This document shows, one piece after another, positions 37,920-48,247 of a stretch of DNA of 54,386 nt; positions within the stretch are counted from its first letter, which is position 1; every line of letters starts with the position of its first letter. The stretch lies in IMG/VR virus record IMGVR_UViG_3300045738_001741, positions 1 to 54,386 of that record; one strand, 5' to 3'. The stretch is from a virus. Lineage: Duplodnaviria; Caudoviricetes. The translations under genes were made by a program, and so were the position numbers. The notes under the pieces were generated by a model that saw only the letters and a list, made by a program, of their open reading frames with translations, was not told the DNA's origin and ran no database searches.

Positions 37920-38783
37920 TTGATGGAAAGAAATCCGGTCGGTGAAACAGCAATTATCTCGTGGGCCAGTGGGCATGACTTTTGTCGGCTTCCAGAGTTT
38001 AATGTTTTTTTACAGTCTATAAGACGATGCGGATTCTTAGGGGATGTTATTTTATTTAGCCATGATTTGGACGCAAAAATGCGACATCGTTTCAAATCAA
38101 TGGGATATGATGTAATCGAAGTTAATCCAGATAGAATTCATGTAGTTGTTAGAGATCGGTTTTTAATACTCTACGAGTGGCTAGTGGATCATGGTTGGAA
38201 ATACAACAACATTATTATGACTGACTCGAAGGATGTTTTGTTTCAGCGAGACCCAGTAGAATATATTAATAAAGCCGCAACTGCTCGAAAGCTCACTCAA
38301 CCGACATGGATTACAGGCGATGCATATGTTATGCTTTGTAGTGAGGGCGAAGAACATTGTAAAAGTTCTTGGAATTCTATTAACCAAGTTAGGCTACAAC
38401 AAAATGTGGCTGAATTTGAACAGAATTTCGTCCATAGGCCGATTATCAACTCAGGATTTATTATTGGCACTCCAGAAGAGTTGAAGAATCTATCTATTTT
38501 GCTATGGACAAATAGTATCAGAACGTTAGATTCTTTAAGTGAGCAAGCAACATTAAATTATCTCTATTTTTACCTAGAGAAAGACGCCAGATATGAGTTA
38601 TATACGCCCCAAGATTGTCCGCTTTGCATCACTGGCGAAGGCATAAAAGAAGGATGGCTTGACTCTAAGCCTATTTTCAAAGATGGTCAATTATATTATC
38701 CAAAATCAGATGAGCCGTTTTACGTTTTTCATCAATGGGACAGAACGGAATATAGGGATGCTATTTTGGAGCAATTTGTATGA
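37920..38783 (+). CDS. putative glycosyltransferase (GT-A-like)
   Basis: RDRF, TDSKDVLFQRDP DxD-type motif, NSGFIIG, EQATLN, HQWDR. Confidence 0.65.
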   Translation: MMERNPVGETAIISWASGHDFCRLPEFNVFLQSIRRCGFLGDVILFSHDLDAKMRHRFKSMGYDVIEVNPDRIHVVVRDRFLILYEWLVDHGWKYNNIIMTDSKDVLFQRDPVEYINKAATARKLTQPTWITGDAYVMLCSEGEEHCKSSWNSINQVRLQQNVAEFEQNFVHRPIINSGFIIGTPEELKNLSILLWTNSIRTLDSLSEQATLNYLYFYLEKDARYELYTPQDCPLCITGEGIKEGWLDSKPIFKDGQLYYPKSDEPFYVFHQWDRTEYRDAILEQFV

Positions 38784-40798
38784 TTGATTTATGTTTTTCG
38801 TATATCGCTGCTGAAAACTTTCTCTGCTTTGGTCCAAAAGGTATAGAGATCGACTTAACTCAGTATGGCAATATAGTTCTCATTCGTGGCGAAAACATGG
38901 ATGTACAAGAAGAAGATAAGAGTGCATCTAATGGTGTTGGTAAATCTTCGATCCCAGAGATTATAGTTTATACCTTATTCGGGAAGAGTATCAAACAGCC
39001 CAAGAAGTTAACTCATAATAATGTTATCAACAACAAGATTGGCAAGAAACTTAGAACAGAAGTTCGTTGGGATAAATATCGTGTTGTTCGAACACGTAAA
39101 CCTGATTCTCTAAGGTTATGGGAAAGTTCAGATAGTGATTGGAGTCAATTGGGAGATGAAAAGTGGGAGGATGACCATGAGATTTCTCTAGGTGGTATGC
39201 CAGCCACGCAAAAAGAAATAGAAGATAAGATCGGTTTGAATTATCAGAATTTCGTCAATATAGTAGTATTCACTGATAATAATGCAGGATCATTTCTAGA
39301 ATGCGATCTACCTGCTAAAAGGCAGATCGTGGAGAACTTGTTATCGCTTGACAAGTATCGTCAGTATTCGGATTCAGCTAAAAAGGCTAGAAATGAATTC
39401 AAAGATAAGATCAAATTGATAGGGAATGGTTATGAACATCTATTAGTAGAATTACAGGCATCTAAGAATCGTGTTACTCAAGTTAACGAACAAAAAAGTG
39501 ATTGGATAACTGCAAAAAAACAAGAACTAGATACCCTCACAAAACAAATTGAAATAAAGAATACAGAACTACAATCAACAGATGTCGGTAACGCTATGAT
39601 TCGTTATCGAGAAGCTCAGGAAGAGATTGCTGCGATAGATGCCTCTATCGTCGAGCTAGATTCTGAATTGCCCAAAGTAAAGGGTCTGTTAGATAAAGCT
39701 CAAGCTAAGCTACAAGAAACAAATGAGGAGAAAAATAATGTAAATAATGGTATACAAAAGTACGAGATGGTTATTAACATGACCACTCAGGATATTGTCA
39801 AGAATGAGGCTACAATCAAGTCTTATGAAGATAATAAAGATACTACATGTCCCACATGTCTTGGCACAGTTGTGGAAGAAAACTATCGCATGGTAGTTGA
39901 TGAATGTATAAAAGTCATTGAAAACAAACAGAAGGATATTCAACCTCTTCTTAAAGTTATCGTTGATGAGAAAGCTAAAATTACCGAATGCGAAACTGTC
40001 ATTAAGAACCTCAAAGAAGGCATCAAATCGGGGGAACGTCACTATAAGGGAACCTCGAAAGAATTAGATGCACATCGGAAGAGGCGTGGAGAATTAGATA
40101 AAATAGAAAAACCAGAAGGAGACGTGTACGCAGCCGTTCTGACTAAGCAGATAGATGGATTGCTTGAGCAAAAAGTTAGTAAAGAGCAAGAGATCAATGG
40201 GCCTTCGCCATATGTGGCGATCCTAGAATCTACTGAGAAAGAGGTTGTGGACAAACAAAAAGAATGTGTCGATAAAAAAGCTGAGTTGTTAGAAGCTGAG
40301 AAGGAGTTGCCTTATTATGAATTTTGGGTTACTGCTTTTGGCGATACGGGTATTAGAAAGTTTGTTATTGATGGCATTATACCCGCTCTCAACTCACGCA
40401 TTTCTTATTGGCTTCAATTTCTAATTGATGGGAAGATTTCTCTATTGTTTGACAATCAACTTGAAGAAACCATAGAGCGAAATCCCTCAGATGGTGATCC
40501 TTTTGTTTATTATGCTATGTCTGGTGGCGAAAGACGAAGATTAAATTTGTCGGTGTCTCAAGCATTTGCTCACGTTATGATGCTCAATTCTGGAGCATCC
40601 CCTTCTCTTGTGTTTCTAGATGAGGTCACCACAAACATCGATCCCATTGGCGTTCAGGGAGTTTATAACATGATTGCAGAATTAGCCAATCATAAGCAGG
40701 TGTTTGTGACCACTCATGATCGTGATTTGTTGGATATTTTATCTGGTTGCGAGAGTATAAATCTCAAGAAGCTCAACGGATTCACGACGCTAGTTTGA
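38780..40798 (+). CDS. SbcC/Rad50/gp46-like ATPase
   Basis: SNGVGKSS, coiled coils, CPTC zinc hook, MSGGE, FLDE, TTH. Confidence 0.93.
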   Translation: MIDLCFSYIAAENFLCFGPKGIEIDLTQYGNIVLIRGENMDVQEEDKSASNGVGKSSIPEIIVYTLFGKSIKQPKKLTHNNVINNKIGKKLRTEVRWDKYRVVRTRKPDSLRLWESSDSDWSQLGDEKWEDDHEISLGGMPATQKEIEDKIGLNYQNFVNIVVFTDNNAGSFLECDLPAKRQIVENLLSLDKYRQYSDSAKKARNEFKDKIKLIGNGYEHLLVELQASKNRVTQVNEQKSDWITAKKQELDTLTKQIEIKNTELQSTDVGNAMIRYREAQEEIAAIDASIVELDSELPKVKGLLDKAQAKLQETNEEKNNVNNGIQKYEMVINMTTQDIVKNEATIKSYEDNKDTTCPTCLGTVVEENYRMVVDECIKVIENKQKDIQPLLKVIVDEKAKITECETVIKNLKEGIKSGERHYKGTSKELDAHRKRRGELDKIEKPEGDVYAAVLTKQIDGLLEQKVSKEQEINGPSPYVAILESTEKEVVDKQKECVDKKAELLEAEKELPYYEFWVTAFGDTGIRKFVIDGIIPALNSRISYWLQFLIDGKISLLFDNQLEETIERNPSDGDPFVYYAMSGGERRRLNLSVSQAFAHVMMLNSGASPSLVFLDEVTTNIDPIGVQGVYNMIAELANHKQVFVTTHDRDLLDILSGCESINLKKLNGFTTLV

Positions 40799-40947
40799 CC
40801 TTATTTTGATTACTAAACAAGTTGATTTCTTAATAGTAGGATTTTTCTATAAAAATGAAATCATAAGCTTTAGATATACTTCCCTGCTGAGAGAAAGTCA
40901 TAGAAATTAGAATTAGTATAGGAATTAGAAATTAGGAAGGAAGATTT

Positions 40948-43236
40948 ATGTCGATTCGTGCATTACAAGATTATACGTACTATTCCAAGTACGCACGATA
41001 CAATGAAAGTGAAAAGAGAAGAGAGACGTGGAATGAAGCATGTGATAGAGTTAAAGAAATGCATTTGAGGAGATATCCTCAAGTAAAAGATGAAATAGAA
41101 TGGGCGTTTAATCTTTCGAAAGACGTAAGAGTATTAGGGTCACAACGAGCTTTACAGTTTGGTGGCACGCCTATCGAAAAGAAGAATGCAAGAATCTACA
41201 ATTGCACTGTTTCTTTTTGCGATAGAATTCGATTTTTTCAAGAGTGCTTTTGGCTATTACTGTGTGGATGTGGCACGGGATTCAGTGTCCAGAATCATCA
41301 CATCGCTAAATTGCCAGATTTTTATCCTGATATGGTTAAGGCTTTTAAGACACCGCCTCTTGGTGATGTCCCCGTCGCAGAACATGCCAATCTCAAGAGA
41401 AGAATTTTTACAATTCCAGATACTATTGAGGGATGGGCAGATGCGTTGGGAGTTCTAATGGCCACCTATATGCCTAATCCAGAATTTCCAGATTGGGAAG
41501 GGTGCTTTGTAGAGTTTGATTTTTCTGCTATTCGTCCGAAAGGGTCATATTTATCTTCTGGTGTTGGCAAAGCTCCAGGATCAGGGCCTCTTCGAGAAGC
41601 TCTGCGTATTATTCAGAACATGTTAAATGAAAGAATAATTCAGGGCTTTGATCGCTTGCGGACTATTGATGCTTACGACATCGTTATGCACGCAAGTGAT
41701 GCGGTGTTATCTGGTGGTGTGCGAAGGTCTGCCACTATCTGTATTTTTTCACCAGATGATGAGGATATGGTTCTTGCTAAAACAGGAAATTGGTTTGTAG
41801 AAAATCCTCAACGTGGTCGTTCTAACAATTCTGCTCTTCTTTTGCGGGATAAAACCTCAAAAGAACAGTTTGTCAAATTAATGAGTGCTGTTAAGCAATT
41901 TGGAGAACCAGGATTTTATTGGAGTGATAGTACCGAGCAATTGCCTAATCCATGTGTTGAAATCGGAATGTGGCCGGTAGACGAAGTGACAGGTGAGTCC
42001 GGTTGGCAGTTTTGCAATCTTTGTGAAATCAATGGCAAGAAAATCAGATGTAAAGAAGATTTTGCCATAGCCGCTAGAGCCGCAGCAATTATTGGGACGC
42101 TACAAGCCGGATATTCTAGCTTTGACTACTTAGGACCAGTTACAGAGGCTATTGTGCGACGTGAGGCTCTTCTGGGAGTGAGCATGACAGGGATGCAGGA
42201 CAGCCCAGATATTACTTTTAACCCTTCTATTCAACGACAAATGGCCAAACTTGTTGTAGAAACAAATGAATGGATGGCAAAGAAAATTGGCATCAATCCT
42301 GCGGCACGTTGCACATGTATTAAACCCGCAGGAACCACAAGTTGCATGTTAGGAAGCGCTAGTGGTGTTCATCCACATCATGCTCGACGATACTTTCGCA
42401 GAGTACAAGCAAATGCTTTAGAGTCTGTTTATCAGTATTTTAAAGAGCATAATCCTGTTGCTATAGAATCAAGTGTTTATAGAGAAACTGATGGTGTAAT
42501 TACATTTTGTATAGAAGTGCCCGATGGTGCAAAAACTAAGAATGATATAGCAGCTATTGAGCTTCTAAAATGCGTTAAAACAACTTATCAGAATTGGGTA
42601 GAGTATGGAAAGCAAAAGGATTTGTGTACGCAAGAATGGCTTACCCATAACGTTTCAAATACTATTAATGTCCGACCAGATGAGTGGGACAAAGTAACTG
42701 ATTTCATCTATAAAAATCGCAATTTCTTTTCAGGTATCGCATTGTTGCCACAATCTGGTGATTTAGATTATCCTCAAGCCCCAATGTTAAATGTTCACAC
42801 ACCAAGAGAGATTTTTCAAAGGTATGGTGATGGTTCATTAATGGCGAGTGGGTTGATTGTTGATGGACTCCATGCGTTCGATGGTAATCTTTGGAATGCG
42901 TGTAATGCTGTATTAGGGCTTGGTGACCCCATAGAACTTCCAGAAGAACCGACTTCAAGCAATATTGATGATTTTAGGGCCTATGAATCAGAAGTTCAAA
43001 AGTGCAAAAAACAACTTGATTGGATTCGTCGAGTTGAACAATTTGCAGAAAGATATTGTGATAAAGACGTTCGTAAATGTTCTTATCTTCTAAAAGAAGT
43101 GAACAATTGGAAGCTTTGGCTTGATCTAAAACGTGAATACGTGGATGTAGATTATACCCAATTGATAGAAGAGGAGGATTTTACCAAGCCAATGGATACT
43201 ATTGCTTGCGCAGGCGGTGCGTGTGAAATAATGTAA
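40948..43236 (+). CDS. nrdJ: ribonucleotide reductase, class II (monomeric NrdJ)-like
   Basis: YNC, GGVRRSA, NPCVEI, CNLCEI, KPAGTTS, YPQAP, C-terminal CAGGAC; no C-terminal YY and no nrdB in window; class assignment less certain than RNR identity. Confidence 0.8.
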   Translation: MSIRALQDYTYYSKYARYNESEKRRETWNEACDRVKEMHLRRYPQVKDEIEWAFNLSKDVRVLGSQRALQFGGTPIEKKNARIYNCTVSFCDRIRFFQECFWLLLCGCGTGFSVQNHHIAKLPDFYPDMVKAFKTPPLGDVPVAEHANLKRRIFTIPDTIEGWADALGVLMATYMPNPEFPDWEGCFVEFDFSAIRPKGSYLSSGVGKAPGSGPLREALRIIQNMLNERIIQGFDRLRTIDAYDIVMHASDAVLSGGVRRSATICIFSPDDEDMVLAKTGNWFVENPQRGRSNNSALLLRDKTSKEQFVKLMSAVKQFGEPGFYWSDSTEQLPNPCVEIGMWPVDEVTGESGWQFCNLCEINGKKIRCKEDFAIAARAAAIIGTLQAGYSSFDYLGPVTEAIVRREALLGVSMTGMQDSPDITFNPSIQRQMAKLVVETNEWMAKKIGINPAARCTCIKPAGTTSCMLGSASGVHPHHARRYFRRVQANALESVYQYFKEHNPVAIESSVYRETDGVITFCIEVPDGAKTKNDIAAIELLKCVKTTYQNWVEYGKQKDLCTQEWLTHNVSNTINVRPDEWDKVTDFIYKNRNFFSGIALLPQSGDLDYPQAPMLNVHTPREIFQRYGDGSLMASGLIVDGLHAFDGNLWNACNAVLGLGDPIELPEEPTSSNIDDFRAYESEVQKCKKQLDWIRRVEQFAERYCDKDVRKCSYLLKEVNNWKLWLDLKREYVDVDYTQLIEEEDFTKPMDTIACAGGACEIM

Positions 43237-43336
43237 AAGGAGTATATGCCGCTCCTGTTTCTTTTATCTTATTGGTTCTCAAAAACTATAATACCTGTTA
43301 CTTAAAGCAAATAGAAGCAACAGAGGAGTTCTACCG

Positions 43337-44968
43337 TTGAGCAAGTTTATCATCGTGGCAGGAGGAGTTATTAGTGGCACTGGTAAAGGGGTTTCAGCGG
43401 CGTCTATTGGATTGTTGCTAAAATTACGAGGATTTTCGGTTGAGATAATTAAGTTTGATCCATATTTAAACGTTGGTGCTGGCACCCTGGCTCCTCGTGA
43501 GCATGGAGAATGCTTTCTTTGCGATGATGGCACTGAATGCGATCTTGATCTTGGGCACTATGAGAGGATTGCCGGAATCACGGTCACTAAAAACAACATC
43601 TGTACAGCGGGCACCGTTTATAAAGAATTAGTGCAAGAACAAGAAGATGGTAAATGGCTGGGACATACAATCCAAGTTGTTCCACATGTTGTCGATAAGA
43701 TTAGCGAACGTCTCATCAAGTTAGGGAATAAAGCAGATATTGTGATTGCCGAAATTGGCGGCACAGTAGGTGACGTAGAATCTGATCCTTTTTATAAATC
43801 GGCTGCATTCTTCAAACAAAAGTTCGGTGACAATTGCATGATTGTCATGGTCGCCCCTATACTTTGGGTGCCCACTATCAAAGAATTTAAAACCAAACCA
43901 TTGCAACGTGCTGTCATTGACTTGAAGTCTCACGGTCTTAATCCAGATATGCTTCTTTGTCGAGTGGACAGAGAAGTTCCTCTTTCGATTCTTAAAAAAG
44001 TTTCTGATATGACTGGCGTTCCAATGTCGGCTGTTTATGATGCTCCTGATGTGAGCACAATTTATAAGGTGCCAATAGAGTTTTACAATCGACAAATTGA
44101 TGATATGATTGTTGATAAATTCCGTCTCAAGAGAAGTGGATGCAGGATTCACAAATATCGAGAGACTGTTGAAAAATATGCTAACAATAAAATGCCGGTT
44201 GTCGAAATTGGTATTTTTGGGAAATACGGTAATTGTGATGAAGCATACATTAGTTTGAAAGAAGCTCTTTTACACGCAGGGTTGGCCAATGATGTTAAAG
44301 TCAAAATACGTTGGGTTGAAGCTGGAGAACTAGAAGCATACAAAGATATGCGAGGCGTGAACCGGTTATTTGAAGGACTGCATGGGATCATTGTTCCTGG
44401 TGGGTTTGACAGTCGTGGTGTTGAAGGTAAAATAAAAGCTATCAAATATGTTAGAGAAAAGAGGATGCCGTTTCTTGGGATTTGCCTTGGTCTCCAATGT
44501 TGCGTCATTGAGTTTGCTAGAAATGTGTGCAACCTAGATGCGAATAGCATAGAGTTCGATAAAGATTGTAAAGAACCGGTTATCTGTTTTGTAGATGGGC
44601 AAGAAGGACTTAAAAATAAATCAGGCACAATGAGGTTGGGTGCGTATGAGTGCGAATTGGCTAATGACTCCCTTGCTAAGGAGGCTTATGGCAAAAGAAG
44701 CATAAATGAAAGACATAGGCACCGATATGAAGTAAGCAATGATTATTTGGAGCAATTTGAAAATCAAGGACTCCTGGTTAGCGGTCGTAATCCAGAATCT
44801 AGCTTAGTGGAAATAATGGAGCTAGATCGAGAGATGCACCCATACTTTATTGCGACTCAGGCTCATCCTGAATTCAAAAGCAGGTTGCTAGAACCGGCAC
44901 CACTTTTTAATGGCCTTATCATCGCTGCACAGAACTACAAAAATGACGAAAACGATCAAGAAGTCTGA
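43337..44968 (+). CDS. pyrG: CTP synthase
   Basis: GGVISGTGKG, KFDPYLN, DLDLGHYER, GICLG, RHRHRYE, HPEF; TTG start with GAGGAG SD. Confidence 0.96.
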   Translation: MSKFIIVAGGVISGTGKGVSAASIGLLLKLRGFSVEIIKFDPYLNVGAGTLAPREHGECFLCDDGTECDLDLGHYERIAGITVTKNNICTAGTVYKELVQEQEDGKWLGHTIQVVPHVVDKISERLIKLGNKADIVIAEIGGTVGDVESDPFYKSAAFFKQKFGDNCMIVMVAPILWVPTIKEFKTKPLQRAVIDLKSHGLNPDMLLCRVDREVPLSILKKVSDMTGVPMSAVYDAPDVSTIYKVPIEFYNRQIDDMIVDKFRLKRSGCRIHKYRETVEKYANNKMPVVEIGIFGKYGNCDEAYISLKEALLHAGLANDVKVKIRWVEAGELEAYKDMRGVNRLFEGLHGIIVPGGFDSRGVEGKIKAIKYVREKRMPFLGICLGLQCCVIEFARNVCNLDANSIEFDKDCKEPVICFVDGQEGLKNKSGTMRLGAYECELANDSLAKEAYGKRSINERHRHRYEVSNDYLEQFENQGLLVSGRNPESSLVEIMELDREMHPYFIATQAHPEFKSRLLEPAPLFNGLIIAAQNYKNDENDQEV

Positions 44969-45326
44969 CATGTGCCCACTTTGTGGCGATTACATGGATT
45001 TAATCGTCAAGAGTTGTCGTCATAAACCATTCATTGATGGCAAAACATATCCAAAAATATGTTTTTCCTGTTGGCAAGTTCCAAAAGCGGAAGTGCAAAC
45101 ATATAATGATGATGATTCCATTAAGAATGTTATAGGTCCGTTTTACGACCATCTCCATCTGCACACGGCAAAAGAACTATATGAACAGGGTGCGGCCAAT
45201 ACGCTTAAGCAAGCTAGAAATTCCGTGCGAGCAGTTAAGGCCGCTTGTAGGGGGCTTAGAAAGCCAGTGGGGGTAAAGCGACCACGGCAAGAAATAGATT
45301 TAGCTGATGAGGGATGGAGCGGATAG
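44943..45326 (+). CDS. hypothetical Zn-finger-like protein
   Basis: CPLC and CFSC pairs. Confidence 0.6.
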   Translation: MTKTIKKSDMCPLCGDYMDLIVKSCRHKPFIDGKTYPKICFSCWQVPKAEVQTYNDDDSIKNVIGPFYDHLHLHTAKELYEQGAANTLKQARNSVRAVKAACRGLRKPVGVKRPRQEIDLADEGWSG

Positions 45327-45359
45327 AACAATGGACAGCTTATTTGTGATTCCTGTTCT

Positions 45360-46238
45360 TTATTTGAGATCATCTATCATATCATCTGTTGTTCCATATT
45401 CGAGACGTTCCAGCAGTTCGGAAAAACGACGTGATTTCATTTGGGAATACTCAGACTTACATTCTTCTACAAACTCCGTATCAGTGCGCCACACTTCATC
45501 AACAAAGACCTTTCCGAGTTTGCCATCATATTTCCCGTCAAGATATACACTGGCCTTGGTGGGACAAGCGAAGTTTTCACCTGATATCTGATGAATGATT
45601 GAAGGATTGCCACCGATGATATGTGTGGTAGTGTCAAAGCAATTGTCAATCAATCGCTTCTCTTCATATGGTTCTTCAATGTCGCCACAGAGTTTGGAGA
45701 TTGTTTGGAGTCGCCCCTTTGCTAGATCATGGTATTTAACATGGATGATGTCCTTCCTAAACCCTATGCCCCACAATGTATTCAGCATTATCGTATACTC
45801 GGCAATATAAGAATCAAAGGCAGAACGAACAGAAGTATGCGGCGATGTTGTATCCCACTTGTCCCACTTCTGATGTTGCATTAAGGAATAAGCTTCGGCG
45901 TGGGGAGTCTTCGATATCACTACCACAGAGTAATCATATTCTGGCTCAAAGATTTTGCGTGATAACAAACGCAGACCCTTGGAACTATCAACAATCACAT
46001 TGCATTCGTAATGGTCGAAGGTGTATCTGTAGAACGGTTCGCCCTTCCATTCACCATAGAGAGAACATTCCGCCACACTCCCTTTACACTTGGCACATGG
46101 CCCGCCTGCCAGTTGATTTGAATAGACTTGTGCGCCTTCACCTATTCCCCTGATTGTCGGTTGGGTATCGAGTAGCACATTCAGGAGAGACGATCCCGAA
46201 TAAGCCATGCCGATAATCCAGATTACTTTTCTTTCCAT
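45360..46238 (-). CDS. sulfotransferase-family protein
   Basis: IIGMAYSGSSLL PAPS-loop-like, IVDSSK, VKYHDL, HIIGGNP. Confidence 0.75.
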   Translation of the reverse strand: MERKVIWIIGMAYSGSSLLNVLLDTQPTIRGIGEGAQVYSNQLAGGPCAKCKGSVAECSLYGEWKGEPFYRYTFDHYECNVIVDSSKGLRLLSRKIFEPEYDYSVVVISKTPHAEAYSLMQHQKWDKWDTTSPHTSVRSAFDSYIAEYTIMLNTLWGIGFRKDIIHVKYHDLAKGRLQTISKLCGDIEEPYEEKRLIDNCFDTTTHIIGGNPSIIHQISGENFACPTKASVYLDGKYDGKLGKVFVDEVWRTDTEFVEECKSEYSQMKSRRFSELLERLEYGTTDDMIDDLK

Positions 46239-46395
46239 TGCTTGATTCTCTTCTTGCTTCCTTTATAATTACTTGCCATAATTACGCAAAGTATGAGAGA
46301 AAGCGTCTGGCATTCCGGGCATATAGTTTATTTCGTTAGTGATTGGGCAAATCTACTTTGTGTTACTAAATAATAATAGTAAGAAAGGGAATGCA

Positions 46396-46914
46396 ATGCA
46401 ATTTAGAGAATTTGTACTGAATGAAAATAAGGCATATCTAGGCCAGAGAATTGGCGATATATTGAATGCGCTGCAAGATATGGAAGAAAATAAAGAGGGC
46501 TTAGGAGCACGACAAATGGTTACAGATGCAGAACGCATTGTTAATCAAATACGTCGTATATTGCACACCAATTGGCCGCAAGATCAGCAGAAAAACCTAG
46601 AAGCTTTGCAAAAGTCAGGCGTAGGTATTATGAGAGCAATTGAGGATAAAGATGATCTTTCCAATGTCCTTCCTACAGTTACTCAGGAAATAGAAAAATT
46701 AATGGGGGACATGGGTACGCCAGTCCAGCAATTGGCGACTCCAGAGGGTGCGGAATCAGCCGAAGAGGCTCCTGAAACTATATCTCCTTCGGCAGGAGAA
46801 ACTCCTCCAGAAGCACCTCCAGAAGAACCCACGCCAGAGCCTACTGAGCCTCCACCAGGAACCACGCCTCCACCAGCCCCACCAGTAGAACCCACTCCGC
46901 AACCAATGGTTTAA
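46396..46914 (+). CDS. hypothetical protein (MQFREFVLNE start, Pro/Glu-rich tail)
   Basis: ATG 46396 after AAGGGA. Confidence 0.75.
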   Translation: MQFREFVLNENKAYLGQRIGDILNALQDMEENKEGLGARQMVTDAERIVNQIRRILHTNWPQDQQKNLEALQKSGVGIMRAIEDKDDLSNVLPTVTQEIEKLMGDMGTPVQQLATPEGAESAEEAPETISPSAGETPPEAPPEEPTPEPTEPPPGTTPPPAPPVEPTPQPMV

Positions 46915-46981
46915 TTCTCTTGTTGTTTCCTTGGGAAAAGCATATAATGCTGGGTCATTCTTAAAAAAAGGGGGGTGTGTC

Positions 46982-48235
46982 ATCTGCGGAATAGCAGGCT
47001 ATATCGGCGAGAGCAAAAAGCCGGATATCACGTATGCGATAATCACCAGTTTGTTCGCCCAAACAGAATCTAGAGGGAGAGATGCTGCTGGGTTTTGGGG
47101 CACTCAAAAAGACGATGGGAAAATTCTATATCACAAAGAACCCATTCCTTCTAGTGAATTTGTAAAAAAAGATATTTGGAAGAAGATATCTAAAATGGAC
47201 CCAAATATATTGTTGGTGCATTCTAGAGGAGCTTCGGCTGGTGTGGGCACGCCTTCTGTAAATGCAAACAATCATCCATTTGTATCTACAGATAAAAAAA
47301 TCGGCTTAATTCATAATGGTCGAATTCCAGACCTTGAATATAACATGCTAAAAAAGAAATATGAGGTTTCTTCTACTTGCGACTCTGAAATATTTCTTCG
47401 AATTTTTGAAGCTGCTGATGATTCCGAATACGCTTCTGGTTTATCTAAAATTTGGTCGCAAGTTCTGCGGGGCCATATGGCTATTGCCATTGGAGAAAGA
47501 CTTGATGAAGGACATCGCAGATTATGGTTATCGAGAAATAAATATAGAACTTTATGGCTAATAGACCTGCGAGAGCAACTTGGACAAATTTTCTTCTGTT
47601 CGACGCCAGATATTTGGACATTTGCGGCTAATGAATGTGCGGCCATTCAGCCCTTTATCAAGAAGAAGGTTAAGTTGGCGGAATTGCCTACCGAGGAAGT
47701 TTGGTCGCTCACTATTTCTCCTGAACAGCCAGTTGTTAAAACTAATATGATTCGCAAGTTCGAGGTAGAGCCAAATGGATATGAAGAGTGGGAGCATGAT
47801 GGTGATCCGTTGCCAATTATTCAGCGTAAAACCACAACAGGTATTTTCACAAAATTAGACGACCGAGAAAATGTCATTTGCAGTGGCAACAAAAACGGAA
47901 ATGGTAAAATCGTTGACAATCATAAAAGTAAAAGTCGTAAAAGACATGAAAATAATTGGCCTCGACAAAATGTCAATGGAGACCTTGCCCTCTTTCCAGA
48001 CGAACAACACGAAGAGACGTATGAATATATTGAAGACGCTACCGGTAAACAAGGTGTGAGGAAATTAAACGAACATGTTTCTAATATCAAGCAAATTGCT
48101 CAAGATATAGAAACATTAGCAGAAAACTTATGTATAGAAGGCTCGGTTGAAGAACGAGATATGGTTGATTTGCTAACATTTCTAGAAACTACGGAGAATG
48201 ATTTGGCAGGAACGTTGAAAATATTAGAACATTAA
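46982..48235 (+). CDS. class II (Ntn) glutamine amidotransferase-domain protein
   Basis: CGIAG, RGRDAAG, HSR.AS, NNHPF, HNG, DSE; start inferred at ATC 46982. Confidence 0.85.
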   Translation: MCGIAGYIGESKKPDITYAIITSLFAQTESRGRDAAGFWGTQKDDGKILYHKEPIPSSEFVKKDIWKKISKMDPNILLVHSRGASAGVGTPSVNANNHPFVSTDKKIGLIHNGRIPDLEYNMLKKKYEVSSTCDSEIFLRIFEAADDSEYASGLSKIWSQVLRGHMAIAIGERLDEGHRRLWLSRNKYRTLWLIDLREQLGQIFFCSTPDIWTFAANECAAIQPFIKKKVKLAELPTEEVWSLTISPEQPVVKTNMIRKFEVEPNGYEEWEHDGDPLPIIQRKTTTGIFTKLDDRENVICSGNKNGNGKIVDNHKSKSRKRHENNWPRQNVNGDLALFPDEQHEETYEYIEDATGKQGVRKLNEHVSNIKQIAQDIETLAENLCIEGSVEERDMVDLLTFLETTENDLAGTLKILEH

Positions 48236-48247
48236 CTCCGTTACTGT

